Below, one piece after another: positions 13,562-27,559 of a stretch of DNA of 64,000 bases. Below the pieces are notes generated by a model. It ran no database searches, was not told the origin of the DNA, and saw only the letters and a list, made by a program, of their open reading frames with translations. Position numbers and translations under genes: made by a program. How positions within the stretch are numbered: position 1 is the stretch's first letter; the number at the start of each line of letters is the position of its first letter. The stretch is from Octopus sinensis (lineage: Eukaryota): positions 9,858,001 through 9,922,000 of the forward strand of contig NC_043020.1 in NCBI RefSeq assembly GCF_006345805.1. The letters are read 5' to 3'.

Positions 13562-14786
13562 CTAAAACAAATATAAAATCGAATAAATATTAATTGTTAA
13601 CCTTCCATAATATAAATATATATTTATTATATCTTAACTGTAATAGGAATGCTTATACACGTTCTTAATGGTGCATCGACTGCTTCTGCTGTTATTGGTG
13701 CTGATAAGAAATAATAGGTGGCGCCAGTAGTACAAGTATAGCAGCAGAAGCAACAGCGATAGCAACACCAGCAACATGTTATAGATTTGCTCCAGCTGGG
13801 TTGATGTCAAATAATATCATCAACATCAGTATTAGTAGCAGTAGTAGCAACAACAACAATGAACACAGTAATATGAACTGAAGTAGAGAGATATTTTGTT
13901 TCGCCAAGAAACCAAGATAACTGAAAATATCAAATAAAGTAATATGACTTACAGCACATATTTGGTTAGAGATTTTGCCTGCACTGTTTTTGCAACCGGC
14001 GCCGACCATGCACGTTTTGAAGTCACGCACAACACTAGAAATATAAGAAATAAAATACATGAAATCAAAGAAGAAAAATTCTAGTTATTAATTGTTTTCC
14101 AATCATTAGTAATGAACAACAGAGAATATATGAAATGTAAGGAAATTGCTATTTCGTTTTCAGTTTTATATTTTGGGGACAAACTAAAACCATTTTGTTT
14201 TGATATTTTATCTGATTGGGACGGATTGAATGTTAAAGTTGCCTACAGGTGTCTCCTAGAAATAGCTGCCGAATTTCCCTCCTATCATATCACCGTTATC
14301 AAAAATAGAGACTTCGGATTTTCTGTGACACAAAGGTCTGGGTGAAACAAGTTGTATGTCACAGACCAGTCTGTGTACGTTTGAAAAAGGAACAATTAAA
14401 TGTCGATATCCCGTATCCTGGGAAATTGATGTCTCACTCGGTTCTATAATGTAATGAATTTAGAAGACTTAATGTCAGCCAATGAATATCGTGGTTTTAG
14501 TGGAAACGATTTTGAAACTTTGATATAATAAATATATAATTGGTTGATAGAAAAGAATTATATTTCTAGGATGAATAAATTAATGAGTGTATCAGTTAAT
14601 GGAAAGAATCTAGCCCAGTTGTCGGTGTATGTGTGAGAGTCTATGATGTAGTTTTGGGAATTTAGCCCCTCCCAAAAATTTCTGAGACTATGAAAAAATT
14701 TGAAATTATTATTATTATCAATATAATTGTTATTATTATTTTGATTATTATTGTTATTATTATTATTAATATTATTATTATTATTA

Positions 14787-14827
<41 letters not shown>

Positions 14828-15656
14828 TATTATTATTATTATTGATATTATTATTATTATTATTATTATCATCAATAATAATAATAATAATAATGATGAT
14901 GATGATGCTGATGATGATGATGATGAAGATGACGACGACGACTCACCCTTGCAGCATATGATAACCGGCAGGGGCTGCTGGTGAAGCTAAGTATATGCAC
15001 TTGACAGCTTGTTTAATGTCGCAACTGGTTTTAGGTCCTTGAGAAAAGAAAGCGGATATAGTCCTAATATCAATAATAATCATTAGAAGAATATGAGTAA
15101 AAGTAAATTAGTTCACAGTACTTGAACATACATGTGTATACACACAAGCATGTGTATACATATATATACGCACACACACACAGACACACAGACACACACA
15201 CACACACAAACACACACACATATATAATGTAATATAATATAAATTGCCCAAACCCAGACATGGAATTCTGTATAATACTACTACTGAATAGCACAGGGTA
15301 ACTCTGAAGGTGGCCAAGCTCTATACTGTAATCGACTTCGTATTTACAGAATATAGCATAACTATATATATGAGTGAGAGAGCAGTGCATGTCATAATAG
15401 TGATAGTGTGGTTACAAATATACGAAGCCCAATATACCCACCATGACTCCGTGTTTCATAAGGGTATATCAAACACATGCATCACACACCATGTGTACGT
15501 CACTTGTTGATTTTATATCAAAATAAACAACGGCAGACCCTGCAGGTGGGGGCCTAGTTGGAATTTTTTTTATATGTTGAGGAGCCTATCCCACACAAAA
15601 TGTCCCTGGGTAATGTTTTTTTAAGAATGTTGAACAAAACACCCATGCTTCCACAG

Positions 15657-15687
<31 letters not shown>

Positions 15688-15692
15688 GATAG

Positions 15693-15752
<60 letters not shown>

Positions 15753-15817
15753 TATATATATATATATATATATAACATATATATGTATATATATATTGCA
15801 TGTAATAAAAAATAATG

Positions 15818-15855
<38 letters not shown>

Positions 15856-17657
15856 ACATATGTTGTATGTAATAATAAAAATAATGCTAGTATGGAATTT
15901 ATATTTTATACATCGCTACGTACGTTTCCACAAGTGAAATGATTTTGATATCAGAGTCGGTATCATTGAGATTAGTATAGTATAATCCGTATTATCCTTG
16001 GGCGTCATCATTGGCCCATTTCATTAAGCGATATTTATATTTGGATGAATCACAAAGGGATGTTTATCCATTCTTGCCAGTATTTCTGTTATTATTATAT
16101 TTATCCGACATTATATCGGTATAACCATGATGTAATCTGACTCACAACTCAGTATCATTAAACGCTAACCGGCACACACACATACACATACATACACACA
16201 CACACACACAAACACACAAACACACACACACACACAATTATATGTATATCTCTATGAGTATAATCTGCACATTTGTGTATACATGTGGAAGAGATAAGAA
16301 TGTAAAATTGTTCCATAGCTACACAATTATTCCGTATCTAAACATTTGAATGGAATTAAATAAACCTAAAACTCACCACAAAGTTTGGCAAAAAGTTTAT
16401 CTGCAAGGCTCATATCACATCCGATGCCAGCGATACATTTATCAGCTGCGCCGATAGCGCTGCAAAAGAGAAGAAATTAATTTTTATTACATGGTATTGC
16501 TACGAAAACGGATATATATTTTTCTTTACTACCCACAAGAGGCTAAACACAGAGAGGACAAACAAGGATAGACAAAGGGATTAAGTCGATTACATCGACC
16601 CCAGTGCGTGACTGGTACTTAATTCATCGACCCCGAAAGGATGAAAGGCAAAGTTGACCTCGGCGAAATTTGAACTCGGAACGTAACGACAGACGAAATA
16701 CGGCTACGCATTTCGCCCGGCGTGCAAACGTTGCTGCCAACTCGCCGCCCTCAAAAACGGGCATATAAATACAAATATACATCTGTAATTATAAAGTAAA
16801 ATACTCACACACACATACAGGAACACAAACACTCACACTCATTCACATTGAAGCACACACACACATGTGACAATACGTACCAGAACCCTGTTTCTCACAC
16901 GTAGAAATGAATATACACCACCCTTGTATAAATACCTATGTATACATGTAAATATTATTAGAATATATGAACTTACACATATGTGCACAGACTTATATAC
17001 ACCAATATATGTACACGCACACACCACACACATATATATATATATATATACGACGGGCGTCTATAAACGATGGAATTGCCCAGATGCCAATATAGGGTGT
17101 GTAACAGCGACCTTTTATATTTCGGCTGCTTGCTCTCTATCATTTACCAAAATGATCTCCAACAACATGGCCCGTCCTTTACAAGTCGCAACATTAGCTT
17201 TGTAAATGGAGGAACATTTTGATAAGTAAATATTGATGAGACAAATGAGTTGAATTTGGCTCGTTTAGGAATGAAGTAAACCGCAAACGTAGGAGAAATA
17301 TTAGATCAACATTACAAAATCGAGTCAAAGTATAACTATAGGCCTCCATCTTGTTATCTTTCAGGATGGTCAATTTAAGCCAAATAAACACACGTTCCAT
17401 GTATTCTTTCTTCACTTCAGGTATATTGTCGTTCTTATTTTAGTGACTTATGTCTGGAAATCTTTCGTTACACATCCTACGACCTAATCAATGACTCTCC
17501 ATCACAAGTGTCCCACCCTGTTCTTCTCTTCTACAGGAGGAGACACGATGTAACAATGTCAGTTTCAACACACGATTCCACATTAGCAATATTGCAAAAC
17601 AAATACATAAACGTAGGCGTGCGGGGACGGGGACACACACACACACACCACACACAC

Positions 17658-17698
<41 letters not shown>

Positions 17699-19558
17699 AC
17701 TTATTCATATACAAGCATGCATGTATGAGCATTAAGGACACAATGTATACAAGAGAAAAACATTTACTTGCAGATCTGCGCATTTGTTGGATGAGGAGTA
17801 AAGTGAACTTTCGGGATACATCCCAGAATTCCATCCATGGTGCAGGCGGCATTTGCTCCTGGAAGGTAAGAAATAATTGGACAAAATAAATAAGGTTACT
17901 TTGAAATATTTGTATATAATTGGCACCATTTATTGTCGTTATTATAATTCTAATTGTGTATTTGCTCTCCAAGTAGCTATAATTCCACTGCACAAAGTTT
18001 GATATTAGAGTCCACAGCGTTTGCAGACTTACATCAAACAAAAGTGTTTCAAGTTAAATACTCGTACAACATACAGAAAGTGATCTGCCTCGTACAATTT
18101 ATTAACAATTGTACCATGTTAAAATGTTAAGGCTCATTGAAAGCTGTCAGCAACACACGGAGACAACAGTGACAGATTGTAGTCTAGAAACTATAGCCCT
18201 TTACTTCAACAGTAGCTATAGTGTGAAGAAGAAATCGTTGAAGGAACAAGAGACAATAGGTACAAAACCTCGCCCATCTACACATAAGCTAACACTCACT
18301 GGCAGGCTAGCATTAAAATGTGTTTATACGTATAATATATTTTAAATATACATATTTGTATATATGTCTGTATATCTTGTATTACATATATACATATATA
18401 ATCTACATATACATGTGTGTAAAAATATATATATATATATATATCATTTATACCTATATGAGTGTGTGTATTGAATAATGCAATCATTATATTAATTTAA
18501 AGATAGAAGAAATACATGTTGTCGCTATTGTAGCTAAGAATGGGCTACACTTCCAAGAATCGCTTGAAACCTATAGGGGTCATGGTGTTGTAAGGGATTG
18601 TAATTCATTTCTAATTCATTTATCACTCTAGCAACTACTAAATTGATATAATGATTGCATTGTTCAATTAAATGGAACCGCTTGACACGTTCGGGATCTT
18701 TTCCTTTCGAACGGCAGTTTTCAATACAATTTCTAGTTAACTAAACACTTTTAAACTTCGTATACTGGTAGAATGTGTCAAAATAAAACTTTTTTTCTCT
18801 TGGCTTTCTTGAGAAAATTGTAATTTGGAAGTTTAACGTAGTTTAATTTTTCGAATTTTAACCAATCGATGGCCTTTTTTGAGCTAAAATCATTTGATGC
18901 GTCTAAAACTGAGACAACATCCTGTCACTGACCCTAACCCTTACACTAAGCCTAACCCCATCCCTAAAATTAACCCTAACCCTAAATTTTAGACTTTCGT
19001 TTTTTTTATCTTAATTGTTAAATTAATATAATTGTTACGCGTGTGTCTAAAATTATTCGTTTTGTTTTTGTTTTGAGATACACGTGTATTGTTTGAACTA
19101 TTTTCCATTGCTTAAAAAAAAACGAAGGGCTAAAACGAAAGCAATGGAAAAATAATTTAAACAATTAACAAACAAAATAATTCTATAATTTTCTACACGC
19201 GCTTTCCGAACTTAAACATTACAGTGACAGGATGTTGTCTCAGTTTTAGACGCAGCAAATGATTTTAGCTCAAAAGAGGCAATTGATTGGTTAAAATTCG
19301 TAAAATTAAACTACGTTAAACTAACAACTTACTATTTTCTCAAGAAAGCCAAGAGAGAAAAATGATTTATTTTGACACATTCTACCAGTATACGAAGTTT
19401 AAAAGTGTTTAGTTAACTAGAAATTGTGTTGAAAACTGCCGTTCAAAAGGAAAAGATCCACACGTTCGTACTGCATCACTACTTGATATCCTGTTGCATG
19501 TCTTGACATATCTCTGTATTATTACATATATACAATGTTTACACAAACATATATATAC

Positions 19559-19610
<52 letters not shown>

Positions 19611-19646
19611 TATATATATATAATATAATATATATATAATATTACA

Positions 19647-19718
<72 letters not shown>

Positions 19719-19749
19719 GTATATGTATATATATATAATATATATTATT

Positions 19750-19783
<34 letters not shown>

Positions 19784-19966
19784 ATATGTATAATGTATGT
19801 AATCATTATATACATATATAATGATTACATACATATATACATATATATATATTATATATATATATATAATATATATATGTATGTATATATATATACATAT
19901 ATATATATATTATGTATATATATATATACATATACATATATTATATATATATATGTTTGTATATAT

Positions 19967-19999
<33 letters not shown>

Positions 20000-20665
20000 G
20001 TGAATATATATATATATAATGTGTGTATGTATATATGTATGTATACTCAAGCAGAAAGGCACAGAGAGAGAGAGAGAGAATAATCAAATATTGTTTCCAG
20101 GTCTTAGAACTTGAACAACCGGCTACACTGTGGAAGTGATCGAGATCTCAACGTTCCCACCAGCTATCTGGGTCTCCAGTCTATGGTATGTCCACTTATT
20201 TGTAGCTGAGTGGACCGGAGCAAAGTGAAATCAAGTATTTTGCTCAATTACACAACGTTCCGCGAAGAAAACGAAATCACACTCTTGCTCTCGTGAGTCC
20301 AACACACAAAACATTAGGCCGTGCACCTTCGCTGCATATGTGTGTAATGAAGACAAGGAAGAGGGATTGGATCGACGGCACCGAAGCTTCGTTAGAAGGA
20401 ATATGACGGATCAACTGATATATGTATCAGCTTCTCAAGTCTTCTGAATGCCGCTTGCTTCATTAATTGCATCTACGAAACGAAAACCTATACAGGAGCA
20501 ATATAAACACACCGCATATATAATCAAATACAACAAGATTAATAAACATATATACGTGATACTTAATGCTTCTTCAAATTTAAATATCAACATCATCTAA
20601 GAGAATGACATAGAAGCGGACATACCGACAATGCAGATGGCGACAAGTACGATAAACTTCAACAT
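13553..20665 (-). CDS. Gene A: small secreted cysteine-rich protein, 131 aa, 6 coding exons (20626-20665, 17768-17858, 16377-16459, 14947-15037, 13953-14034, 13553-13561)
   Basis: All introns are GT..AG with pyrimidine tracts, phases 1,2,1,2,0. The exons join into a stop-free 396-nt frame: [131 protein letters not shown]. It has a signal-peptide-like N-terminus, a TATA box upstream and AATAAA downstream, and it is paralogous exon-for-exon with gene B. Confidence 0.9.
13953..14034 (-). CDS. Gene A exon 5 ([27 protein letters not shown])
   Basis: Acceptor ttcttatatttctag, donor GCT|gtaagt, 82 nt, phase 2->0. Confidence 0.88.
14947..15037 (-). CDS. Gene A exon 4 ([29 protein letters not shown])
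   Basis: Acceptor ctttcttttctcaag, donor GG|gtgagt, 91 nt, phase 1->2. Confidence 0.88.
16377..16459 (-). CDS. Gene A exon 3 ([27 protein letters not shown])
   Basis: Acceptor ttcttctcttttgcag, donor G|gtgagt, 83 nt, phase 2->1. Confidence 0.9.
17768..17858 (-). CDS. Gene A exon 2 ([29 protein letters not shown])
   Basis: Acceptor ttcttaccttccag, donor AA|gtaaat, 91 nt, phase 1->2. Confidence 0.88.
18694..19459. mobile_element. MITE with ~235-bp TIRs and a 9-bp TSD (Mutator/MULE-like) in gene A intron 1
   Basis: GGATCTTTTCCTTT..AAAGGAAAAGATCC termini, TSD ACACGTTCG on both sides, internal CCTAAC repeats. Confidence 0.88.
20626..20665 (-). CDS. Gene A coding exon 1 (signal peptide [14 protein letters not shown])
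   Basis: ATG..GTC G|gtatgt; 40 nt, the same length as gene B exon 1. Confidence 0.88.
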
Positions 20666-20746
20666 TCTTGATAGATTTTTATCTTCTCGGAGACGGTCTC
20701 TTCAGCTGTGTTGTGATGTGAGTGTTTTACAAGCAGCAACGAAGCG

Positions 20747-20754
20747 TATTTATA
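20747..20754 (-). promoter_or_regulatory. TATA box of gene A (TATAAATA)
   Basis: Consensus TATA starting 89 nt upstream of the ATG; mirrors gene B. Confidence 0.7.
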
Positions 20755-21699
20755 AGAGTGAAATGTTGAATCGATAGGCTAATTTATTCATTGAAATATC
20801 TTTGAAATATGAAAGACTTGCACAAAAAGAGTGTAACATATGTCACAAGGTCTTTTTCATAATCTATACGGAGGCTTTGAATTTCATTTCCCTTCATTAT
20901 CGAAAGTTGATTTTAATTACATTAATTAGATGTTATTGATTAATTATTTACAATAATAAGTCTTTTAGCTGAAATAATTCTTTACAAAATGTGACACATT
21001 AAATGAAATGTTAATTTGTTTCTAAATTATTCAAAATAAATGTTAAGGTTTCGAAATCAGAATGGGTGAAATATCTATATATGATATTTATTAACTTTTA
21101 TCAACTGTCCAAGTATCAAGATTTTAATCTTGTTAATGAAAGATATTTCAATTTTATTTCAATATTTGTTTCCTCATAAAGTTATATCTGCCATCGTTAA
21201 TATTTGAACAATAAATTCCTTTGCATATATATGTATAAATCTTCATACAAGTTAATTAATTACCTTGATACTTCCTTGAAATACATTTTAAGAAATATCC
21301 ATTTGTTCCTATATGACAGATTCTAATTCTTGAAAATTTCCAATATAATCAGTAAAACGGATAAGGGAATATTTTTTTTCATATAAATATTTCGAAGATA
21401 TCATACAGGATTAACAGATAAACATTTATAATCCGTAACTTTGTTGATATAAAAAATAAAATTTAAAGACAAACTAATTCTTGTGGTCATTATTGAATCA
21501 TGAAATTAGTTTAAATTTAGGTAATTTTTAATTCTACTTTTCGAGTTCAAAACTTCTCAATCTAATAACCAGTTTTTCTTGCAAAAAATTACAGAGATAA
21601 GGAGAGTGATTTTGAAAGATTTTACCTGAAGTGTGAGCAGCCACTACATTTGAAATATTCAGAATTATAACAGACGATAGTAGTAGAGAGAAGAGAAAA

Positions 21700-24600
21700 G
21701 ATAATGTTAAGGAGGAAACCTACGGGGCCAGCTCCACAGAATCAGAAACTTTGAGTGGTGAACCTCAGAGCACAGTCTTAAGACCATTACTATTCATAGT
21801 ATCCCTCTCATATATGCCCTGATTCACATAGCGAACCACTCTCACAATTTATGCACATGACTTAAAAGTTTCACAGGTAACAAAGAACGCTGAATAGGTC
21901 ATGCACCTTGGGCTGAAGGCAATAATATGCCGTTTAATGAGTAAGGACTCTAAGATTTGCGCTATTATCTGACAAAGTTAAATGCAATCCGGATAAAATA
22001 TACTGGATCTAGAGGGATTACAGTTCTAGAATCACAAACGGTTTGTGATCTGGGCACTGATACTCGAAGCGATAAGATTCGTTTCAGCTTCGCATGACTG
22101 TTTGGTACTAGGAGACTTCAACGCTCCCACGATCGATTGGCCCGCATCAATTTGTACAACATCTTCCCGGTTCGGCCAGGCCCTTCTCGACGTGGCTAAA
22201 GATTGTTTTCTATCGCAACATGTTGAATATCCGACAAGGTATCGGTCTGGGCAGCAGCCATCTATGCTGGATCTGGTATTCTCCCGCTATCCAACATCAG
22301 TGTCAGACGTATCTGTGTGCGCCCCTCTTGCCAAGAGTGATCATGCGGTCCTGAAGTTCGTCATGCACACAACTTTTTCTATGCCCACGACTACTTCGCT
22401 GCCACGTAGAGTCTTCTCTGCAATTAATCTTGAAATTCTAACGGAGGCTTCCGCGCTTCTGGACTGGCGATCCCTGATGACGTTGTCCTCAGTTGACGAA
22501 CTATGGTCATCCCTCAAAGCATATGTAATCTGGTTGACTGACCAGGCAGTTCCCGTTGGGCTTCCCAAGAAGAAGAAACACAAGCCCTGGGTGATGAAGA
22601 AGGTTAAACGAGAACGTCGACTCAGAGATATTGCTTGGGCTGAATTCAAAAATCTGGATTCGACTGCTGCTTTTGAGGTGTACAAAACTCAACGAGACCG
22701 AGCCGTGAAAATTGAAAAGGAAGAACGCTTCAGTTATGAATACAAAATCGCGGCAAATGCCAGTAGCAATCCAAAAACCTTCTTTGCCCATGTCCAACGG
22801 AATTCCCGTTTGAACAACCAGATTGCAACGTTGGTAGACTCAACAGGCGTATCGATTGAGGACCCTTATCAACAGAGTCAATTATTTGCCGAGGCTTTTT
22901 CAACTATTTTCAAACAAGATGATGGTCGTGAACCCCCTCCATTTGATAGATCGGTACCTCCAATGCCTAGATTGGTCATCACGCGGGACGAAGTCAAACG
23001 TGTTATTCAATGCCTCGATGTCAACAAGGGTCACGGCCCTGACGGCATACACCCACGGGTTATCAAAGCGTTGGCTCCGGTCATCTGCGAGCCCTTAACA
23101 CGTCTATTCAATATGTCATTGGCGACGGGTGTTTTACCTGCGGACTGGAGAACAGCGATAATCTGCCCAATTTTCAAGAAAGGGAGCCGCGAAGACCCGC
23201 TTAACTACCGACCGGTTTCCCTTGCATCAATAATCAGCAAGAGGTTCGAAACCATCCTTAAGAAAAGTATGATGCTCCACCTCCAAAACACAGCCTCTAT
23301 CTCTGATTCCCAACACGGCTTCGTGCCGAAGAGATCATGCTTGACCAACTTACTGGTAATGGAAGAATTGGTGACGCGCATCCTCGATGATAGTGATGCT
23401 GTTGACATCGTTTTATTGGACTTTGCCAAAGCTTTTGACTCGGTAAACCACCGCCTATTACTTGTCAAGCTTCAAGCATATAGTTTCCATCCGGATATTG
23501 TACGATGGGTTGGTGCCTTCCTCTCAGATCGCTCCTTCCAAGTCCAAGTTAATGGTTCGCGGTCCGACGTCTCCAGTGCGAGCAGTGGCGTGCCTCAAGG
23601 TTCAGTGCTTGGGCCCTTATTGTTCTTAGTCTTCATAAATGACTTGCCCGACGACCTCACGCAACACACCCTTCTATTTGCCGACGATATCAAACTGGTC
23701 GCTCCTCGCGGTGATATAGAGGATCTTCGTCGATGCCTCCACCAAATTTGGAAGTGGTCTAACGAATGGGACCTGTGTCTGAACGTGTCAAAGTGCTGTC
23801 ATCTGCCTGTTGGCTCTCCTCCTGCAACTCAACTTGATTTCGAGCCGGGTCGTCTGCTGCTGGAGAGGACCGATCAGGTAAAGGACCTGGGTATCTTGGT
23901 GGATTCCTCCTTTTCGCCTTCGGCCCAGTGCGTCCATGCTGCCAACAAAGCACGCGAATTCTGTTCTTGATTCGACGGTCATTCGGAATGCTCACAGCAG
24001 CATATTCCTACCGCTCTATGTCACGCTGGTGAGACCCATATTGGAGTACGGGATTCAAGCCTCTTCTCCTTATCTCCTCAAAGACATACAGCATCTCGAA
24101 AGAGTCCAGAAGCTGGCTACCCGCATGGTTCATGGTCTCAAAAATTTGTCCTATGAAGAAGGCTGAGGACGCTCGACCTTTATTCTCTTGAAAAACGCCG
24201 CCGCCGTGGTGATCTCATTCTCGCCCACAACATCATAAGCGGAAAGTGTAACCTCTCGAAAGAGCTGTTCTTCACTCCTGCTCCAGAGCGTCGGCTGCGG
24301 GGTCATTCCGAAAAGCTCTACCTGCGACGATTTCATCTCAATCGAAGGAGAGGAGCTTTCTCCGACCGGGTTGCGGATCCGTGGAACAAGCTGCCAGACG
24401 AGATGGTGAAGATGCCGACGACCGCTTTGTTCAAAGCCTCCCTTGACCTCAAGTGGCCTGAACTCTTTACATGAACACCACCCTGTACTTAACTCCATGT
24501 CCCCCTACATGGCCTTGCTATTTGCTTTTGAGCCAAATTAACTAACTAACTAACTAACTAACTAAGTTACGCATTCTTCCATATGCATATTATTAAGTAG

Positions 24601-25170
24601 GCAATGATAAGCGGGCAGTTGGCTGAATGGATTCTTATAACGTTTAGAGGAGAGCAGGAAATCGTGATGGTCCTCTGGAGGACATTTTGTCTTAAGCTGT
24701 TTTGTTTGTTGCTTCCAAATATGGTCACTGCACAGTGTAGAATTAACAGCGTACCTGGAAGCAGTCCAGCGAGGCTACACAAAGAATATAGCCACAATGG
24801 CGAAAACGAATTACTAGGAAGGACTGAAGTAGTTAAGACTAATCCCTGAAACGACGGTGAGAACGATATACTGCAATATACATCTGGATGATCCAGGAAG
24901 GACTTGTCCAAACTGATAGTTATACAAACATTAGAATAGAGTGCCATTGCATAGTACCTAAAATCCCACCTCTGTCGACAAACTAGAGAATCAAATATTG
25001 AATAGGTTGGGATTCAAGGACACACATCTCTTCAGTATCTTCCTAAAGGAACTGAGAGACCTTCATGTTGTGAATGTATATGTCTTCAAAACTAACCTGG
25101 ATCACCTACTGTCAAGCGTCCTAAATGAGCCAATTTAGGGCAATTGTTAGCAACAACAAACACCTTCATT
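21700..25170 (+). mobile_element. Older, heavily decayed LINE interrupted by the CR1 copy above
   Basis: SGEPQSTVLRPLLF (degenerate RT motif) at ~21755-21800, and a KELRDLH..VFKTNLDHLLS..NEP 3'-end motif at ~25040-25130. Confidence 0.55.
22053..24566 (+). mobile_element. 5'-truncated CR1-clade LINE (APE endonuclease end + RT) with a (CTAA)n tail; frameshift near 23960
   Basis: Motifs GDFN, LDLVF, SDH, NYRPVSL, QHGF, LDFAKAFD, GVPQGSVLGPLLF, FADD, RRRRGDLI, LRGH, WNKLP; 3' tail actaactaac. Confidence 0.92.
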
Positions 25171-25325
25171 TACTAAATGTCAGCAGATAAAGAAGAATTA
25201 ATAAAAGGTGTAGTAAAAGACGTAGAGATGAAGGTAGTGAAAACTAAAAGTATATATATATATATATATATACATATGTATGTGTGTGTGTATATAAAGA
25301 GATAGATAGATAGATAGATAGATAG

Positions 25326-25414
<89 letters not shown>

Positions 25415-25852
25415 TACAGTCTTTCAAATTATTGTAACGTTGTTTTGTTTTATTTACAAATTACGCGCTGGAATACAATGTAACATCCACAGAATGATAG
25501 CAAGAGTTTTATGCGTGTGGGGGCATAAAAACCTGAGACTTTGCTCTAGTGTAGACAAACCGCGACCATTTACATGATGACCACTGCGTTGACATCAAAG
25601 GAATACTGATGAGCTACGGACAATTACGCAAGTAATTTGCGTAAGTGTTAATAGCGAAATTAGTTTATGATAAATCTATATTTTCTTTCTTTTCATTTGT
25701 CTTGCTCGCCTACATTCTGGCATTCCTTTCTTAGTGGTAAGACCATAGCGGAACTACTTCTAGCATAATGGATGTCCACGTAGAGCTTATCTCTCTTATG
25801 TGAATGTAATATATTTTTTCTGAATCTTCAGGTTTTCATATATTCATATAGT

Positions 25853-25950
<98 letters not shown>

Positions 25951-25951
<1 letters not shown>

Positions 25952-26472
25952 AGTTTGAAAGCGCCACTATATTAGATAAATTCTAATTTTCTTATGAATT
26001 TTACATGTTTCGGTTCTTGAAAAAACGAACCTTTTCAAAAATATTATAAAAAGTGCAATAGAAAAGTTCTTAGTTGTTTCTTACTGGTCTCAATAGAATC
26101 CGTGTGGTGGTGTTTTGTTGGTAGTTGGTATAATCGCTATATTATAGTTGCGGAGTTGCCACTATTCCATTGGAACACAAACACGGTTCCTTTTGATAAC
26201 AGCAAGAAAGAATAATGAACTTCTTTACTACACGCAACTATAATATAGCGATTATACCAACTACCGACAAAACACCACCACACGGATTCTATTGAGACCA
26301 GTAAGAAACAACTATGAATTTTTCTATTGCACTTTTTATATTTTTGATAAGGTTCGTTTTTTCAAGAACCGAAACATGTAAAATTCATAAGAAAATTAAA
26401 ATTTATCTAATATAGTGGCGTTTTCAAACTTCCTTTTTACAAATATATACCCACTCGTACACGATCTGCTCT
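25951..26472. mobile_element. ~200-bp inverted repeat inside (TA)n, probable inverted Penelope pLTR pair
   Basis: Arms 25951-26152 and 26233-26431 are reverse complements and contain a decayed hammerhead-like TTGATAA-GGTTC..GAACC-GAAACATGTA. Confidence 0.7.
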
Positions 26473-26474
26473 TT

Positions 26475-26547
<73 letters not shown>

Positions 26548-26741
26548 ATATACCTATTTAATAAATGCGCCCTTTTCCCGACTAACCAGTTTCATGGGCC
26601 CGGTTTCTCGGTTTCAATGGCGTATGTGTTCCCCAGCTGGATGACCAGCGATGTGTAGCAAAATCTGATAGCCTGGACGGTCACGGTGATCACGGTTATC
26701 ACGGTGATATTCATGTATATATATGTATACGTATATATGTG

Positions 26742-26852
<111 letters not shown>

Positions 26853-27559
26853 TATACTACATATATACATATACATACATGTATATATACCTATATATAT
26901 ACATATATATGTATGTATATTTATCTAAAGGTTGGGCCAAAAATCCCGCACGAAAACATTTGCCGTTATATTTATATTACGTTATTATTACTGTTATTCA
27001 TTTTGTTCATCTTGTTCGTGTGTATTCATTGTAGTTTTTACTTTATTCAACTTTAGAAAAGTTGTAGCATGTATTTGAGCGTGACTTTTGACTCGCCTTT
27101 GAAATATATACACACATATACAGAAGCACACACACACACACACACACACAAACACATATGTATAGGTTTGAAAATATGTAGAAAACATATATAGAAGTGA
27201 AAGAGAAATGCCTTCGTTTCTCATGGTTTAATATCTTTTTATAAAGAAATGTTTTTAGAATATATGCATATCTTTTGGATGTAGTGATATCCAACCGGTT
27301 TTGCCATTTATATTAGCTTTTCAAGGGACGTGGTGATGTAATCAATTCTGGTGTCAAAGGGGTCTCACCATTTTGGATGCTTGAAAAATAAGAATGAGTC
27401 TGGAGTGTGGATCAAGGGAGGTGAGAGGAGGCAATGGGGCCAGATACACAGACATGCAGGAAGTAAATAGACACATTTAATATTCAAAATCTCTGATCTA
27501 ACCGTCTTAATACTTTTTCAGAGGTGTAGAATTTACAATGTAATTATTCTTTTTCATTC

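Noticed and set aside
14700-14940. Poly-Y/I/N/D ORF at 14751-14984
   Set aside because: It is an (ATT)n/(GAT)n microsatellite in gene A intron 4, on the opposite strand.
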